A stretch of DNA of 64,000 nt from Bacteroidales bacterium (GTDB taxonomy: Bacteria > Bacteroidota > Bacteroidia > Bacteroidales > UBA7960), in contig SLCY01000037.1 in the NCBI GenBank assembly GCA_007125585.1, forward strand, positions 422 through 64,421, read 5' to 3'. Shown one piece after another: positions 28,633-38,830 of the stretch (position 1 is the first letter of the stretch; each line of letters begins with the position of its first letter). Under the pieces are notes generated by a model. It had not been told where the DNA came from. It did no database searches and saw nothing but the letters and a program-made list of their open reading frames with translations. The translations under genes and the position numbers were made by a program.

Positions 28633-29004
28633 ATGACAAAGAAGCAACGGCATCCCTTCTGGATATACATCGCCATCCCGGCGATCATGCTTCTTTATTA
28701 TAACCAATCGGCAAACTGGCACTACCACATCACCGCTGACGGCATCATCGTCGAACATGCACACCCCTTCACCAACAACATGATCCCCGATACACCGGCC
28801 CAGGATCACGAACACAGCGATCTTGAATACCTTGTGCTGGCACAGCTGACACAAGCTCTTGGCCTTATCGTGCTGATGCTTCTTCTGATCGGCACCATCT
28901 GGTTCCGCAAAAACAAAACAACACCCCTGCCTTTGCCGATATTTCCCGGCAGGGATCATGCCGGGTCAAACCCCTCGCGTGCGCCTCCCTTTATGCTGTA
29001 TTAA
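28633..29004 (+). CDS. Small two-TM membrane protein with three HxH motifs (hypothetical)
   Basis: TM1 FWIYIAIPAIMLLYY and TM2 LGLIVLMLLLIGTIWF. The loop between them carries HYH, HAH and HEH. The gene lies directly upstream of a TonB-dependent receptor. Confidence 0.4.
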   Translation: MTKKQRHPFWIYIAIPAIMLLYYNQSANWHYHITADGIIVEHAHPFTNNMIPDTPAQDHEHSDLEYLVLAQLTQALGLIVLMLLLIGTIWFRKNKTTPLPLPIFPGRDHAGSNPSRAPPFMLY

Positions 29005-29143
29005 ACATGCCGGGCCCTGTTGGGTTGCAAAAGGTGTTCGTAGCTTCAACCCACGACTCTTTGTGATGCATGCCAACAGTCATCTTTTAACGGCCGGCTT
29101 TCAAACACATCAATGCTTTTTAAATTATAATACATGTACTGAA

Positions 29144-31381
29144 ATGAATAAACTGTTTTTGCCAATATTCCTTTTTCTTTTATACAGCCCGCTATTTCTT
29201 TCCGCGGCAGAGCAACCGCGGCCGGCCACCGACGCCAATGTCTTCGGGCACGTTATTGACGCTGAGACGGGTGAACACATCCCCTTTATCAACATCCTTG
29301 TTGAAGGCACACGGATCGGCACCATCACCGACGCTTCCGGCCACTATCTCCTGACCAACCTTCCTGAAGGCGAACACCGCCTGATCGTGCAAGGGATGGG
29401 TTACGAGACAGCGTATAAAACTTTTTTCGCGGAGGCCGACAAAAGCATAGAAGTGGATGTTGAGATCCGCTCCACAGCCATTGACCTGGCAGAGGTTGTA
29501 TTCACGTCCTCTCCCACCCGTAGCGGGTTTCGCTATCAGCCTGACCAGGCTTTCATCGGAGAGGACCTGCAGCGACGAAGCGAGGCTTCGTTTGGCGAGA
29601 TGCTTGGTTCTGAGCCCGGGGTAACCATGCGCTCTTTCGGTTCAGCACCTTCACGCCCCGTCATCCGGGGACTCGACGGAGACCGCATCCTGGTTCTGCA
29701 AAACGGCGAGCGCATGGGCGATGTTTCAGAAACATCGGCCGACCACAGCATCTCACTCGATCCGTTGGCAGCAAGCCGCGTTGAAGTAGTCAGGGGCCCG
29801 GCAAGCCTCTTGTACGGCTCCAGTGCCCTCGGCGGTGTGATCAACCTCATCACCACCGACATCCCCGAAGACTGGGACATGGGGAGCTCAGGTGTCCTGT
29901 CAGCACAAGGAGCCACCGTCAATGACATGGGCGCCGGCTTTGGCAGATTTACCTACGGAAACGAAAACAGGGCCGCCACGGCTCGTTTCTCCTTCCGGCA
30001 GTCGGGAGATATCAACACACCCGAAGGATTGATCACCGGCACCTCCATGCAAAATTATGATGGTTCCGTGGGAATAGGCTTCCTGAACGACAACCTTGGC
30101 GGAGGTTTCAGCGCCGGTTTTACCGGACAAAGTTTTGAGATACCTGAATCGCTGGATGACGATGAAAGGGTGGAGATCCGGATGCAACGCCAGAACATGC
30201 AGGGGAACCTGTTCCGCCAGAGAGAAGGACTGTTCGACAGGGCACAACTCAGGTTTCATGCGTCTCGTATGTTTCAGCAGGAAATAGAAAAGGAACTCGA
30301 AGAAGATGGCTTATGGGATGAGGATGTGGAGCTGGAATACGAAAAATATACCTTCAGCTCAACCCTGACGCTGCAGCATCATCCCATTGGCACACTCGAC
30401 AGGGGGGCTTTCGGGTTCAACCTGTATGCGCACCATATGGATATAGGTGGCGATGAAGCCTTTACCCCCGGCGAGCGCAGGATATCCATGGCCGTGTTCA
30501 CCTTCCAGGAAGTCCCGCTGACCAACCGGTTCAGGCTGCAGGGCGGCATCAGGCTTGATTTTCAGAACACATCCACCATCCCCAATGACCTGTTCCCCGA
30601 TATCAACGTTTCCAGACATGCCTTCAACTATTCAGGATCCATTGGCCTGAATTACAGGCCCGGCGAGGGCTGGGAAATAGGCGGACAGTTTGCCCGCTCA
30701 CACCGCAACCCGGCAATCGAAGAGCTGTTTGCCGACGGACCGCACCTTGGCGCCGGCGTATACGAAGACGGGAACCCTGACCTGAAAGATGAAATCGGAC
30801 AAGGCGTTGACCTGTTCGTCAACTACCGTGGCGAACGGTTCCGTTTTGAAGTTGCCGGCTATGTGAACCACTTTTTCAACTTTATCATATTTCAACCAAC
30901 CGGCAATATTGATGATCTCTCCGGCTATCCCATCTTTCAATATGAGGGGGACGAGGCCAAGCTCGTTGGCGGGGAGCTCAGCTTTCAATTCATGCCTACC
31001 GAGCAATTCTCTCTGGGACTGGGTGCTGACTACGTGAACGGGAAAAGACAAGGCAACGGAGATGATCACCTCCCCTTTATCCCGCCTTTCCGCCTCATGG
31101 CCAACGTCGAATACGATTTCGGCCCCGTCTGGATAGGAGGCAAGGTGCAAATGGTATCGACACAAGACCGTGTAGCCCCGGAAGAAGCGGTCACCGACGG
31201 GTATACACTGCTTGGTGCCCAGGCCGGTTACCGGCTGAACCTCTCCGGACGACATGTGGTGATTCTCCGGGCAGACAACCTGCTCGACAAAGCATACAAG
31301 GACCACCTTTCACGTATCGAAGACAGGAACATCTCCATGCCGGGAAGAAACATCAACCTGGCATACCGCTGGTATTTTTAA
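29144..31381 (+). CDS. TonB-dependent receptor with N-terminal carboxypeptidase-regulatory-like domain
   Basis: Signal peptide, CarbopepD_reg-like block GHVIDAETGEHIPFINILVEG, plug IRGLDGDRILVLQNGERMGD, barrel ending LAYRWYF. Start moved from 28958. Confidence 0.9.
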   Translation: MNKLFLPIFLFLLYSPLFLSAAEQPRPATDANVFGHVIDAETGEHIPFINILVEGTRIGTITDASGHYLLTNLPEGEHRLIVQGMGYETAYKTFFAEADKSIEVDVEIRSTAIDLAEVVFTSSPTRSGFRYQPDQAFIGEDLQRRSEASFGEMLGSEPGVTMRSFGSAPSRPVIRGLDGDRILVLQNGERMGDVSETSADHSISLDPLAASRVEVVRGPASLLYGSSALGGVINLITTDIPEDWDMGSSGVLSAQGATVNDMGAGFGRFTYGNENRAATARFSFRQSGDINTPEGLITGTSMQNYDGSVGIGFLNDNLGGGFSAGFTGQSFEIPESLDDDERVEIRMQRQNMQGNLFRQREGLFDRAQLRFHASRMFQQEIEKELEEDGLWDEDVELEYEKYTFSSTLTLQHHPIGTLDRGAFGFNLYAHHMDIGGDEAFTPGERRISMAVFTFQEVPLTNRFRLQGGIRLDFQNTSTIPNDLFPDINVSRHAFNYSGSIGLNYRPGEGWEIGGQFARSHRNPAIEELFADGPHLGAGVYEDGNPDLKDEIGQGVDLFVNYRGERFRFEVAGYVNHFFNFIIFQPTGNIDDLSGYPIFQYEGDEAKLVGGELSFQFMPTEQFSLGLGADYVNGKRQGNGDDHLPFIPPFRLMANVEYDFGPVWIGGKVQMVSTQDRVAPEEAVTDGYTLLGAQAGYRLNLSGRHVVILRADNLLDKAYKDHLSRIEDRNISMPGRNINLAYRWYF

Positions 31382-31474
31382 GTTTTTGGCATGGATTTTG
31401 CAAGTTCTTTCATGAATTGGTTTCGTTGAATAACCTGCTTTGGTTATTTTTCATGTTGTTTTGGTTAATGGATG

Positions 31475-31511
31475 AAGCCCGCCCCACTCAAGGCCGGGCT
31501 TTGTTTTTTTT
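31475..31511 (+). terminator. Rho-independent terminator
   Basis: Stem AGCCCG(31476-31481)/CGGGCT(31495-31500), followed by TTGTTTTTTTTT. Confidence 0.65.
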
Positions 31512-31599
31512 CTCACCACTGGATGACCCGCCCCCCCCTTTTTTTTGTTTACCCCCCACAGTCCTATAACCAAAAATCAGCAAAGCCTGCATAAATGCC

Positions 31600-31607
31600 T
31601 ATCTTTG
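31600..31607 (+). promoter_or_regulatory. Candidate -7 box TATCTTTG
   Basis: TAnnTTTG match 18 nt upstream of the ATG at 31625. The ORF-track start at 31595 lies upstream of the box. Confidence 0.55.
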
Positions 31608-31624
31608 TGGAAAACCATCCACAT

Positions 31625-34429
31625 ATGTCCAAACAAAAGAAACTCCTGCTGCTCGATGCCATGGCCCTCATTTACCGGGCCTATTATGCACTCAACAGAA
31701 ACCCGCGCATCAACTCCAAAGGGCAAAACACATCCGCCATCCTGGGCTTTGCCAACACCCTTACCGAAGTGTTGAAAAAGGAAGACCCCACACATATCGC
31801 CGTCGCTTTCGATTCCATCGCACCCACCCTCCGCAAGACAGAATTTGCCGACTACAAGGCCAACAGGGAAGACATGCCCGAAGATATTGTCTCCTCTTTA
31901 CCTTATATCCAACAACTCCTGGAAGGGTTCCGCATCCCCCTTCTGATCATGGAAGGGTACGAAGCCGACGACATCATCGGCACCCTGGCAAAAAAGGCCG
32001 AAAAAGAAGGTTATATGGTGTACATGATGACCTCCGACAAAGATTTCGGACAGCTGGTGTCTGATAATATCTTTATGCTTAAACCTGCGCAAAGAGGCAA
32101 TGAAGAAGAGATCTGGGGTGTAAAGGAAGTTTGTGATCGTTTTGGTATTGAATGGCCCGAGCAGCTTATTGACATCCTGGGACTATGGGGCGATTCGTCT
32201 GACAATATCCCCGGCGTGCCGGGCATCGGCGAAAAAAAGGCCAAAAGCCTCATCAGGGAGTTTGGATCCATGGAGAACCTTTTGAACAAACTGGACCAGG
32301 TAAAAGAGAACCGGAGCAGGGAAAGCCTCAGGGAACACAAACAGCAGGCGCTGCTGTCAAAAAGCCTGGCCACCATCATGCTCGACGTCCCCATCGAGGA
32401 GAGCATAGATTCGTTCAAACGCAAGGAGCCCGACCCGGACAAACTGATCCCGCTGTTTGAAGAGCTGGAGTTTAAAACCTTTGCCAAGAGGGTGTTTACC
32501 GATACCGATATCATCCCGGAGGAGACCGGCAAAAAAGCCGTCCGGAGAAGCGGTCAAATGGGCTTGTTCGACAACATCAACGCCTTTGCCGATCCTGCGG
32601 AAGAAGCTGCAAAACGCCTTCAGGATCTGTCAAAAGAAAAAGACTATCAAGCCCTTACCGGGGATAAAGCAATAAAAACACTCGCCGTGAAGCTTGAAAA
32701 GTCGAAGATGTTCTGTTTTGACACCGAAACCACCAGCCTCGAAAGCACCGGCAAGGAGCTGGTGGGCATCGCATTCTGCATGAAACCCGGAGAAGCATTC
32801 TATGTCCCATTTCCCGATGATCAAAAAAAAGCCGCAAAGCTGGCCGGCAGGTTTCAAAAGGCCTTTGCCAACCCTGGTATCGAAAAAACCGGACAAAACC
32901 TCAAGTTCGATATCGGTGTGCTGAAACCCTACGGTATCGAAGTAAAAGGCAAACTGTTCGACACCATGCTTGCCCATTATCTTTTGCAACCGGATATGCG
33001 CCACAGCATGGACATCCTGGCCGAAACCTACCTCGATTACCACCCGGTACCCATAGAGCATCTCATCGGCAAAAAGGGGAAGGCGCAGAAAAGCATGCGC
33101 AGCATCTCCCTGGAAAAGATCACCCCCTATGCCTGCGAAGATGCCGACATCACCCTGCAGCTGCGCAAAGTGTTTGAACCCATGCTTAAAGAGCAGGAAC
33201 TCACAAAAATTTTTGAGGAGATAGAAACCCCGTTGGTGACCGTCCTTGCGGACATGGAAAATGCAGGCGTTCGTATCGACAAAAAAGCGCTGAACGATTA
33301 TTCAAAGGTGCTGACAAAAAGTATCGAAGCGGTGGAAAAAGAGATCTACGGAATGGCAGGCACCACTTTCAACATCGGCTCCCCAAAACAGCTGGGCGAG
33401 ATCCTCTTCGACAGGCTCAAGATCAGCACCAGGGCAAGAAAGACAAAGACCAGGCAGTACAGCACCAGCGAGGATGTGCTGTCAAAGTTGAAAGACAAGC
33501 ATCCCATCGTGGAAAAAATCCTGGAATACCGCTCCCTGACAAAACTCAGGTCCACCTACGTGGAAGCCCTGCCAAAGCTGATCTCCGAAAAAACAGGACG
33601 CATACACACCTCTTTCAACCAGGCCATTGCGGCCACAGGACGATTGTCCTCAAACAATCCAAACCTTCAAAACATCCCCATCAGAACAAAAGAAGGGCGC
33701 TTGATACGCCAGGCCTTTGTTTCGCGCGACGATAACCACACCCTTCTTGCTGCAGATTACGGCCAGATAGAGTTGCGCATCATTGCTGCCTTGAGCAAAG
33801 ATGAGGCCATGCTGGATGCTTTCCGTAACAACCTTGACATTCACGCAGCCACGGCAGCCAAGGTGTATGAGATCGCACTGGAAGATGTTACCAAAGAGAT
33901 GCGGCGAAACGCAAAAACCGTGAACTTCGGCATCATCTATGGCATTTCTGCCTTTGGCTTATCTGAACGGCTGGGCATCCCGCGGCAGGATGCGGCCGAC
34001 ATCATCAGCCAGTACTTCCATAAGTATCCCGGCATAAAAGATTACATGGACAAAACCATTGAGTTTGCGCGTCAGCACGGGTATGTACGTACCATGCTCG
34101 GCAGGCGGCGGTATGTGCGCGACATCAACAGCTCAAACAGCGTGGTAAGGGGTTATGCCGAACGCAACGCCATCAATGCACCCGTGCAGGGCACTGCGGC
34201 CGACATGATCAAGATCGCCATGATCAACATACATCAGGCGATGGAAGCGAAAAAGATGAAGAGCAAGATGGTGCTGCAGGTTCACGACGAACTTGTTTTC
34301 GATGCCCTCAATGATGAACTGGAAGCGTTGAAGCCGCTGACAGAAGAAAAGATGAAGACGGCACTGGACCTTGATGTGCCGGTCGTGGTGGAGATGAACA
34401 CAGGGAAAAACTGGCTGGAGGCACATTAA
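31625..34429 (+). CDS. polA: DNA polymerase I
   Basis: 5'-nuclease LLLLDAMALIYRAYYA, 3'-5' exonuclease FDTETTSL, polymerase motifs DYGQIELR, RRNAKTVNFGIIYG and QVHDELVF. Confidence 0.95.
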   Translation: MSKQKKLLLLDAMALIYRAYYALNRNPRINSKGQNTSAILGFANTLTEVLKKEDPTHIAVAFDSIAPTLRKTEFADYKANREDMPEDIVSSLPYIQQLLEGFRIPLLIMEGYEADDIIGTLAKKAEKEGYMVYMMTSDKDFGQLVSDNIFMLKPAQRGNEEEIWGVKEVCDRFGIEWPEQLIDILGLWGDSSDNIPGVPGIGEKKAKSLIREFGSMENLLNKLDQVKENRSRESLREHKQQALLSKSLATIMLDVPIEESIDSFKRKEPDPDKLIPLFEELEFKTFAKRVFTDTDIIPEETGKKAVRRSGQMGLFDNINAFADPAEEAAKRLQDLSKEKDYQALTGDKAIKTLAVKLEKSKMFCFDTETTSLESTGKELVGIAFCMKPGEAFYVPFPDDQKKAAKLAGRFQKAFANPGIEKTGQNLKFDIGVLKPYGIEVKGKLFDTMLAHYLLQPDMRHSMDILAETYLDYHPVPIEHLIGKKGKAQKSMRSISLEKITPYACEDADITLQLRKVFEPMLKEQELTKIFEEIETPLVTVLADMENAGVRIDKKALNDYSKVLTKSIEAVEKEIYGMAGTTFNIGSPKQLGEILFDRLKISTRARKTKTRQYSTSEDVLSKLKDKHPIVEKILEYRSLTKLRSTYVEALPKLISEKTGRIHTSFNQAIAATGRLSSNNPNLQNIPIRTKEGRLIRQAFVSRDDNHTLLAADYGQIELRIIAALSKDEAMLDAFRNNLDIHAATAAKVYEIALEDVTKEMRRNAKTVNFGIIYGISAFGLSERLGIPRQDAADIISQYFHKYPGIKDYMDKTIEFARQHGYVRTMLGRRRYVRDINSSNSVVRGYAERNAINAPVQGTAADMIKIAMINIHQAMEAKKMKSKMVLQVHDELVFDALNDELEALKPLTEEKMKTALDLDVPVVVEMNTGKNWLEAH

Positions 34430-34440
34430 ACACCTCACCA

Positions 34441-35892
34441 TCATCCGGCAAGGACATTCTTGTAGTGCCGGTACCTTTCCAGGACCTCACTGACATAATG
34501 ATAAGGCTCCGATCCCCGGGCATACCCATGCCGCACCACAGGGTCAAGATAATATTTGGGTTTCGACTTGTTGAGCAGGAAATAGTCTACATTGTCTTTC
34601 CACACATTCGGATCCTTGCCGTACTTCTCCGCCAGCCGCCTTGCATCCAGCACATGGCCGACACCCGCGTTGTAGGAAGCCAGTACAAATTTTTTACGCT
34701 CCATGTCGTCAGGGATCTCTTCCGACAAACGTTCATCAATCCAGCGTAAATACCTGACACCGGCAAAGATATGTTCAGATACCCCGGCATCCATGCCAAC
34801 ATTCAAAAACTCAGCCGTACCCGGCATCAGCTGCATGATGCCGTAAGCACCGGCCCAGGAGGTCGCTGAAGGGTTAAAACGGGACTCCTGGTAGGACAAC
34901 GAGGCGATCAGGCGCCAATCCCATCCCACAATGTCGGCATACCGCTTGAAATAATCATCAAAGACCGATATCTTACCGCCCCCCAACGAGTGCAACTCGC
35001 TTTTTGCAATGAATACACTGCGTGGATTGTTGAAGTATTTGTTATAGATCTCCGCGTATTGACGCGTCGTTTTGAATTCTCTGATCCACTCATTAACAGC
35101 TTCAAGCAACTGTTCCGAGTCGTTGCGGACAGCCCAGGAAAGGTTTTGTTCAAAACTTACCGGGGTGCGGGTGTCAATGCTGGCATAATAAACCTCGTTC
35201 AAACGCGCCAGGTTATCATCACTGACCGTATAATCGATCTCACCATTGGCCACCTCCTCTATCAGTTTCTCAACCCCCTCTTCCCGCTCCACAATAAAGA
35301 TCGAGTCCCCGATCTCATCCATTAAATGTCGCAACCTGGACACGGATGCAGAATGCTTTTGAACATGTACGGTCTTGCCGGCCAGTTCAAGCTGTGTGCG
35401 GATCAGCTGGTCTTCAATATCAGAGGCACGCATGTTGTACCACCGTTCAGGTTTGCGCTGCACCAACACCTGGCGCGTCTGACTGTGCGGCTCCGTGAAG
35501 GTGAGATAAGCACGCCTGGCATTGGTCACCGTCAGGTTCCGGGCAATGATATCATAACCGTCCTCTGCCATCAAACCCTCTATACTCTCCTGCAGATCGC
35601 CGTTGACCGACAGTTCAAGGTCCACACCAATATGGGCGGCAAAATGCTTTAACAGATCCAGATGGTATCCCATCGGCTCACCACGGTAAACAAAATAATT
35701 CGTTGAATTATAATCTGTGGTCGCACGCAGGACACCACGCTCAATAATGTCTGCCAAATCAATGCCTGCTTCCTTCTCCCCGTTCAACCGCAAACCATCA
35801 TCCGCCCTGAATCCTCGGATGGCTAATGTTACGGAAAAAATCAGTAGGGGGATCACAACGAAGAGAAGACCTCTTTTTCGTTGTCTGTTCAT
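34441..35892 (-). CDS. Membrane-bound lytic transglycosylase, MltF-like (solute-binding domain plus SLT domain)
   Basis: SLT catalytic block YQESRFNPSATSWAGAYGIMQLMPGTA and an N-terminal SBP-like domain. Start moved to MNRQRKRG, downstream of the -7 box. Confidence 0.8.
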   Translation of the reverse strand: MNRQRKRGLLFVVIPLLIFSVTLAIRGFRADDGLRLNGEKEAGIDLADIIERGVLRATTDYNSTNYFVYRGEPMGYHLDLLKHFAAHIGVDLELSVNGDLQESIEGLMAEDGYDIIARNLTVTNARRAYLTFTEPHSQTRQVLVQRKPERWYNMRASDIEDQLIRTQLELAGKTVHVQKHSASVSRLRHLMDEIGDSIFIVEREEGVEKLIEEVANGEIDYTVSDDNLARLNEVYYASIDTRTPVSFEQNLSWAVRNDSEQLLEAVNEWIREFKTTRQYAEIYNKYFNNPRSVFIAKSELHSLGGGKISVFDDYFKRYADIVGWDWRLIASLSYQESRFNPSATSWAGAYGIMQLMPGTAEFLNVGMDAGVSEHIFAGVRYLRWIDERLSEEIPDDMERKKFVLASYNAGVGHVLDARRLAEKYGKDPNVWKDNVDYFLLNKSKPKYYLDPVVRHGYARGSEPYHYVSEVLERYRHYKNVLAG

Positions 35893-35923
35893 GAAACAAA
35901 ATATTCGTGCATAAAAAAGCCTG

Positions 35924-35931
35924 CAAAGGTA
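35924..35931 (-). promoter_or_regulatory. Candidate -7 box TACCTTTG (minus strand)
   Basis: The reverse complement of CAAAGGTA matches TAnnTTTG, 32 nt upstream of the ATG at 35892. Confidence 0.5.
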
Positions 35932-36390
35932 CAAAAAACTCCAAATACCATGTTGTTTTTTTAAAAATCTGTAAATCACTATTTTGTCTTTTGCACGCTG
36001 CTGAATCATTCAATCAGGAAATAAAAACAACAAATCTTGATGATTATTGTTCACCGATGCGATTTAACCCATGTTTATCGTGCTATTTCACATCTTTTCC
36101 GATTGACATGCTTTCCTATCAAAAACCAGGCCTGTGGGGGGATAAACCCGCATTTGACGGGTCTGGTTAAAAAAATCAAGGCATCTTTAACAGGGCGGGA
36201 AAGTGCAAGCAGGCCACCGGACGGCAGTAATGAATGAATGAAAAAAGGCATGCCGTCGTACCGGCCCGATAGGCCTGCGCAGGGTAAAGAGGCCGTAGAT
36301 TTTAGCAGATGCATCAGAAGCGGTGATCTTTCTTTTTGGCAGCTCTTTCTTTGGATGGGAGCCAAAGAAAAAGTACAAGAAAAAATCATG

Positions 36391-36398
36391 TAACTTTG
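36391..36398 (+). promoter_or_regulatory. Candidate -7 box TAACTTTG
   Basis: TAnnTTTG match about 65 nt upstream of holB. Confidence 0.45.
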
Positions 36399-36463
36399 AT
36401 CTGAAAAAGAATAACCCATGATGGGACACCAGCATTTGCAATAAACATTGGATTCGACAAGCT

Positions 36464-37600
36464 ATGATGTTCAAAGACGTTATCGGGCATGACAACCTGA
36501 AGAATCGGCTGACAGAGAATGTAAGGCAGCGGCGCATCGGGCATGCACAGTTGTTCCTTGGCGCTGATGACACGGGTGCGCTGCCATTGGCCCTGGCTTT
36601 TGCACGATATATACAGTGCCGTGACAGGGGTCCGGAAGATGCTTGCGGCAAATGCCCCACATGCATCAAGTTTGACAAATTGGCACACCCCGACCTGCAC
36701 TTTTTCTTCCCTTCGGCTCCCAACCAGGAACACAAAAAGGATGTAAGCAGCAAGCTGTTCACAAACCTGTGGAGGGAGTTGCTCCTTGAGAGTCCTTATT
36801 TCACCTGGTTCCAGTGGCTGAAAAAGCTGGGGGTTGAAAACAAACAGGCCATCATCAATGCAGAAGACTGTAATGACATCATACGTACGCTGGGGATGAA
36901 GTCATACGAAAGCCCATACCGTATCGTTGTGATCTACATGGTTGAAAAACTTTATCATGCGGCAGCACCCAAAATACTGAAAGTGCTTGAAGAGCCCCCG
37001 GAGAACACATTGTTTTTAATGGTTTCGGAAAACAAGGACAGGATCTTGAACACCATCCTTTCGCGGGCCCAGATCGTAAAGCTTCCCTTGCCCGAAGAAC
37101 AGAAAGTAGCAGAGGCCCTGACAGACAGGTTTGGCGTTGAACCGAAGAAGGCAAGCCAGATCGCTTTCCTGACAGGCGGCAGGCTAACGGAAGCGCTCAG
37201 GCTATGCCATCAGGATGAAGAACAATTGGCTGACTTTGAATCTTTCAGGGAATGGATGCGATGTTGTTATGCCAATGACGTAGCCCATATCCTGAAATGG
37301 GTGGAAAAAATATCACAAGCAGGACGTGAAAAACAAAAGTCCTTTTTCCAGTATGGGTTGAAGATCTTCAGAATGTGTGTTCTGTATAATTATGATGCAG
37401 GGCACCTCATACGCCTCGATGGAGAAGAAAAAACATTCCTTGAGAAATTCTCACCCTTTGTAAACCACCGCAATACCCTGCAGATCGTGGACGCCTTTAA
37501 CCAGGCCATCTATCACCTGGAAAGGAATGCGAACCCGAAAATACTTTTTACCGACCTGTCCTTTCAGCTAAACAAGCTGATGCATGTCCGGGCCCAATGA
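36464..37600 (+). CDS. holB: DNA polymerase III delta-prime subunit
   Basis: GHAQLFLGADDTGALPLALAFARYIQC followed by a CxxC zinc module (CGKCPTC), and an SRAQIVKL sensor block. Confidence 0.8.
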   Translation: MMFKDVIGHDNLKNRLTENVRQRRIGHAQLFLGADDTGALPLALAFARYIQCRDRGPEDACGKCPTCIKFDKLAHPDLHFFFPSAPNQEHKKDVSSKLFTNLWRELLLESPYFTWFQWLKKLGVENKQAIINAEDCNDIIRTLGMKSYESPYRIVVIYMVEKLYHAAAPKILKVLEEPPENTLFLMVSENKDRILNTILSRAQIVKLPLPEEQKVAEALTDRFGVEPKKASQIAFLTGGRLTEALRLCHQDEEQLADFESFREWMRCCYANDVAHILKWVEKISQAGREKQKSFFQYGLKIFRMCVLYNYDAGHLIRLDGEEKTFLEKFSPFVNHRNTLQIVDAFNQAIYHLERNANPKILFTDLSFQLNKLMHVRAQ

Positions 37601-37615
37601 CACCATTTATTTTTT

Positions 37616-37623
37616 TAACTTTG
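37616..37623 (+). promoter_or_regulatory. Candidate -7 box TAACTTTG
   Basis: TAnnTTTG match 20 nt upstream of the TTG start at 37643. Confidence 0.5.
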
Positions 37624-37642
37624 CACATTAAAAAGATCCACA

Positions 37643-38812
37643 TTGGATAAGAACAATCAACATCCTTTTCTGTCGAGGGGCTGCCACTGTGCCCCCCAGC
37701 CGCATACGCGCCAGCTTGACGTGTACAGGCATTCCTGTAACAAGCTGGATGCCTTCGACTGGCTGAAGGATATCAAGCCCTCCGGTGCATGTCGTCTCAC
37801 AGAAATTGTTGAAGTGCGTTTCAAAAACGGACGCAAGGAGTTTTTCAGCGCCACCCCGGACCTTGACCTGAAAACAGGCGACATTGTTGCAGTGGAAGCG
37901 TCTCCGGGCCATGACATCGGGATTGTAACGTTGACAGGCGAGGTGGTGAAGCTCCAGATGAAAAGCAAAAAGGCAGACCAAAAAGAGGAAGAGATCAAAA
38001 AGGTCTACCGGAAAGCCAAGGTGTCGGACATTGAGAAATGGGTCACCGTCGTCAAACAGGAAGAAACCACCATGCACCGGTCAAGGGAGATTGCCGGATC
38101 GCTCAAGCTGCAGATGAAGATCAGTGACGTGGAGTACCAGGGAGACCAGACCAAGGCAACATTCTATTACACTGCCGATGAAAGGGTTGACTTCAGGGAG
38201 CTGATCCGTGTTCTGGCCGATGCCTTCGGGGTACGTATCGAGATGCGGCAGATCGGCATGAGACAGGAGGCAAGCAGGCTGGGCGGCATCGGGTCTTGCG
38301 GACGTGAACTCTGTTGCGCAACCTGGCTGACCAGGTTCAAGTCGGTGTCTACCAATAGCGCCAGGACACAACAGCTGTCGCTCAATCCACAAAAGCTGGC
38401 AGGCCAGTGCGGCAAGCTTAAATGCTGTATCAACTATGAAAACGTCTGCTATCAAAATATCTTAAAAGACTTCCCCGATACCGGCAAAGAGCTGGTAACA
38501 AAAAAAGGCGCCGCCGTTTACCAAAAAATGGATGTGCTGAAACGTCTTTTGGGTTACGAATACCGGGAAAGCCCGGGAAAAATCATCATGCTCCCCGTCG
38601 AAAGGGTAAAAGCTATCCTCGCGATGAATGAGGAAAACAAGAAGCCGGACGAGCTTGAAGACGTGGAGGCATTGCACGGCAGCAGCCCTCAGCCCCTTTT
38701 TAACGGAGACAATGACCTGGAAGACAGCCTGACACGATTCGACAAACCCAAAAAAAGCAAGCGAAGCAAGCGCCGCAAAAGGAAACCCAAAGGCAACAAA
38801 GCCGCAACATGA
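37643..38812 (+). CDS. PSP1 domain protein (YaaT/RicT-like)
   Basis: PSP1 block DVEYQGDQTKATFYYTADERVDFRELIRVLA and a Cys cluster GSCGRELCCATWL...CGKLKCC. The exact start (TTG at 37643) is uncertain. Confidence 0.8.
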   Translation: MDKNNQHPFLSRGCHCAPQPHTRQLDVYRHSCNKLDAFDWLKDIKPSGACRLTEIVEVRFKNGRKEFFSATPDLDLKTGDIVAVEASPGHDIGIVTLTGEVVKLQMKSKKADQKEEEIKKVYRKAKVSDIEKWVTVVKQEETTMHRSREIAGSLKLQMKISDVEYQGDQTKATFYYTADERVDFRELIRVLADAFGVRIEMRQIGMRQEASRLGGIGSCGRELCCATWLTRFKSVSTNSARTQQLSLNPQKLAGQCGKLKCCINYENVCYQNILKDFPDTGKELVTKKGAAVYQKMDVLKRLLGYEYRESPGKIIMLPVERVKAILAMNEENKKPDELEDVEALHGSSPQPLFNGDNDLEDSLTRFDKPKKSKRSKRRKRKPKGNKAAT

Positions 38813-38830
38813 TAACAACCCCATCCTGCC

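Noticed and set aside
28958-29143. N-terminal extensions given by the ORF track (28958, 39165, 41606, 17607, 53164, 6190, 21079, 23204, 31595, 48049 and others)
   Set aside because: The extensions overlap upstream genes or promoter boxes and lack signal peptides. Internal start codons give canonical N-termini, signal peptides or lipoboxes.
36190-36330. GGGAAAGTGC and GGCCACCGG segments as RNase P RNA or a cobalamin riboswitch
   Set aside because: The conserved P4 sequence (GAGGAAAGTCCGGGC type) is absent and the B12 box (GCCACTG) is absent. The resemblance is limited to a few bases.
36440-36460. GGATTCGAC resembling the 5' end of tmRNA
   Set aside because: No tRNA-like acceptor or T-arm partner, tag reading frame or pseudoknot context could be found. 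The string lies immediately before the holB start codon.
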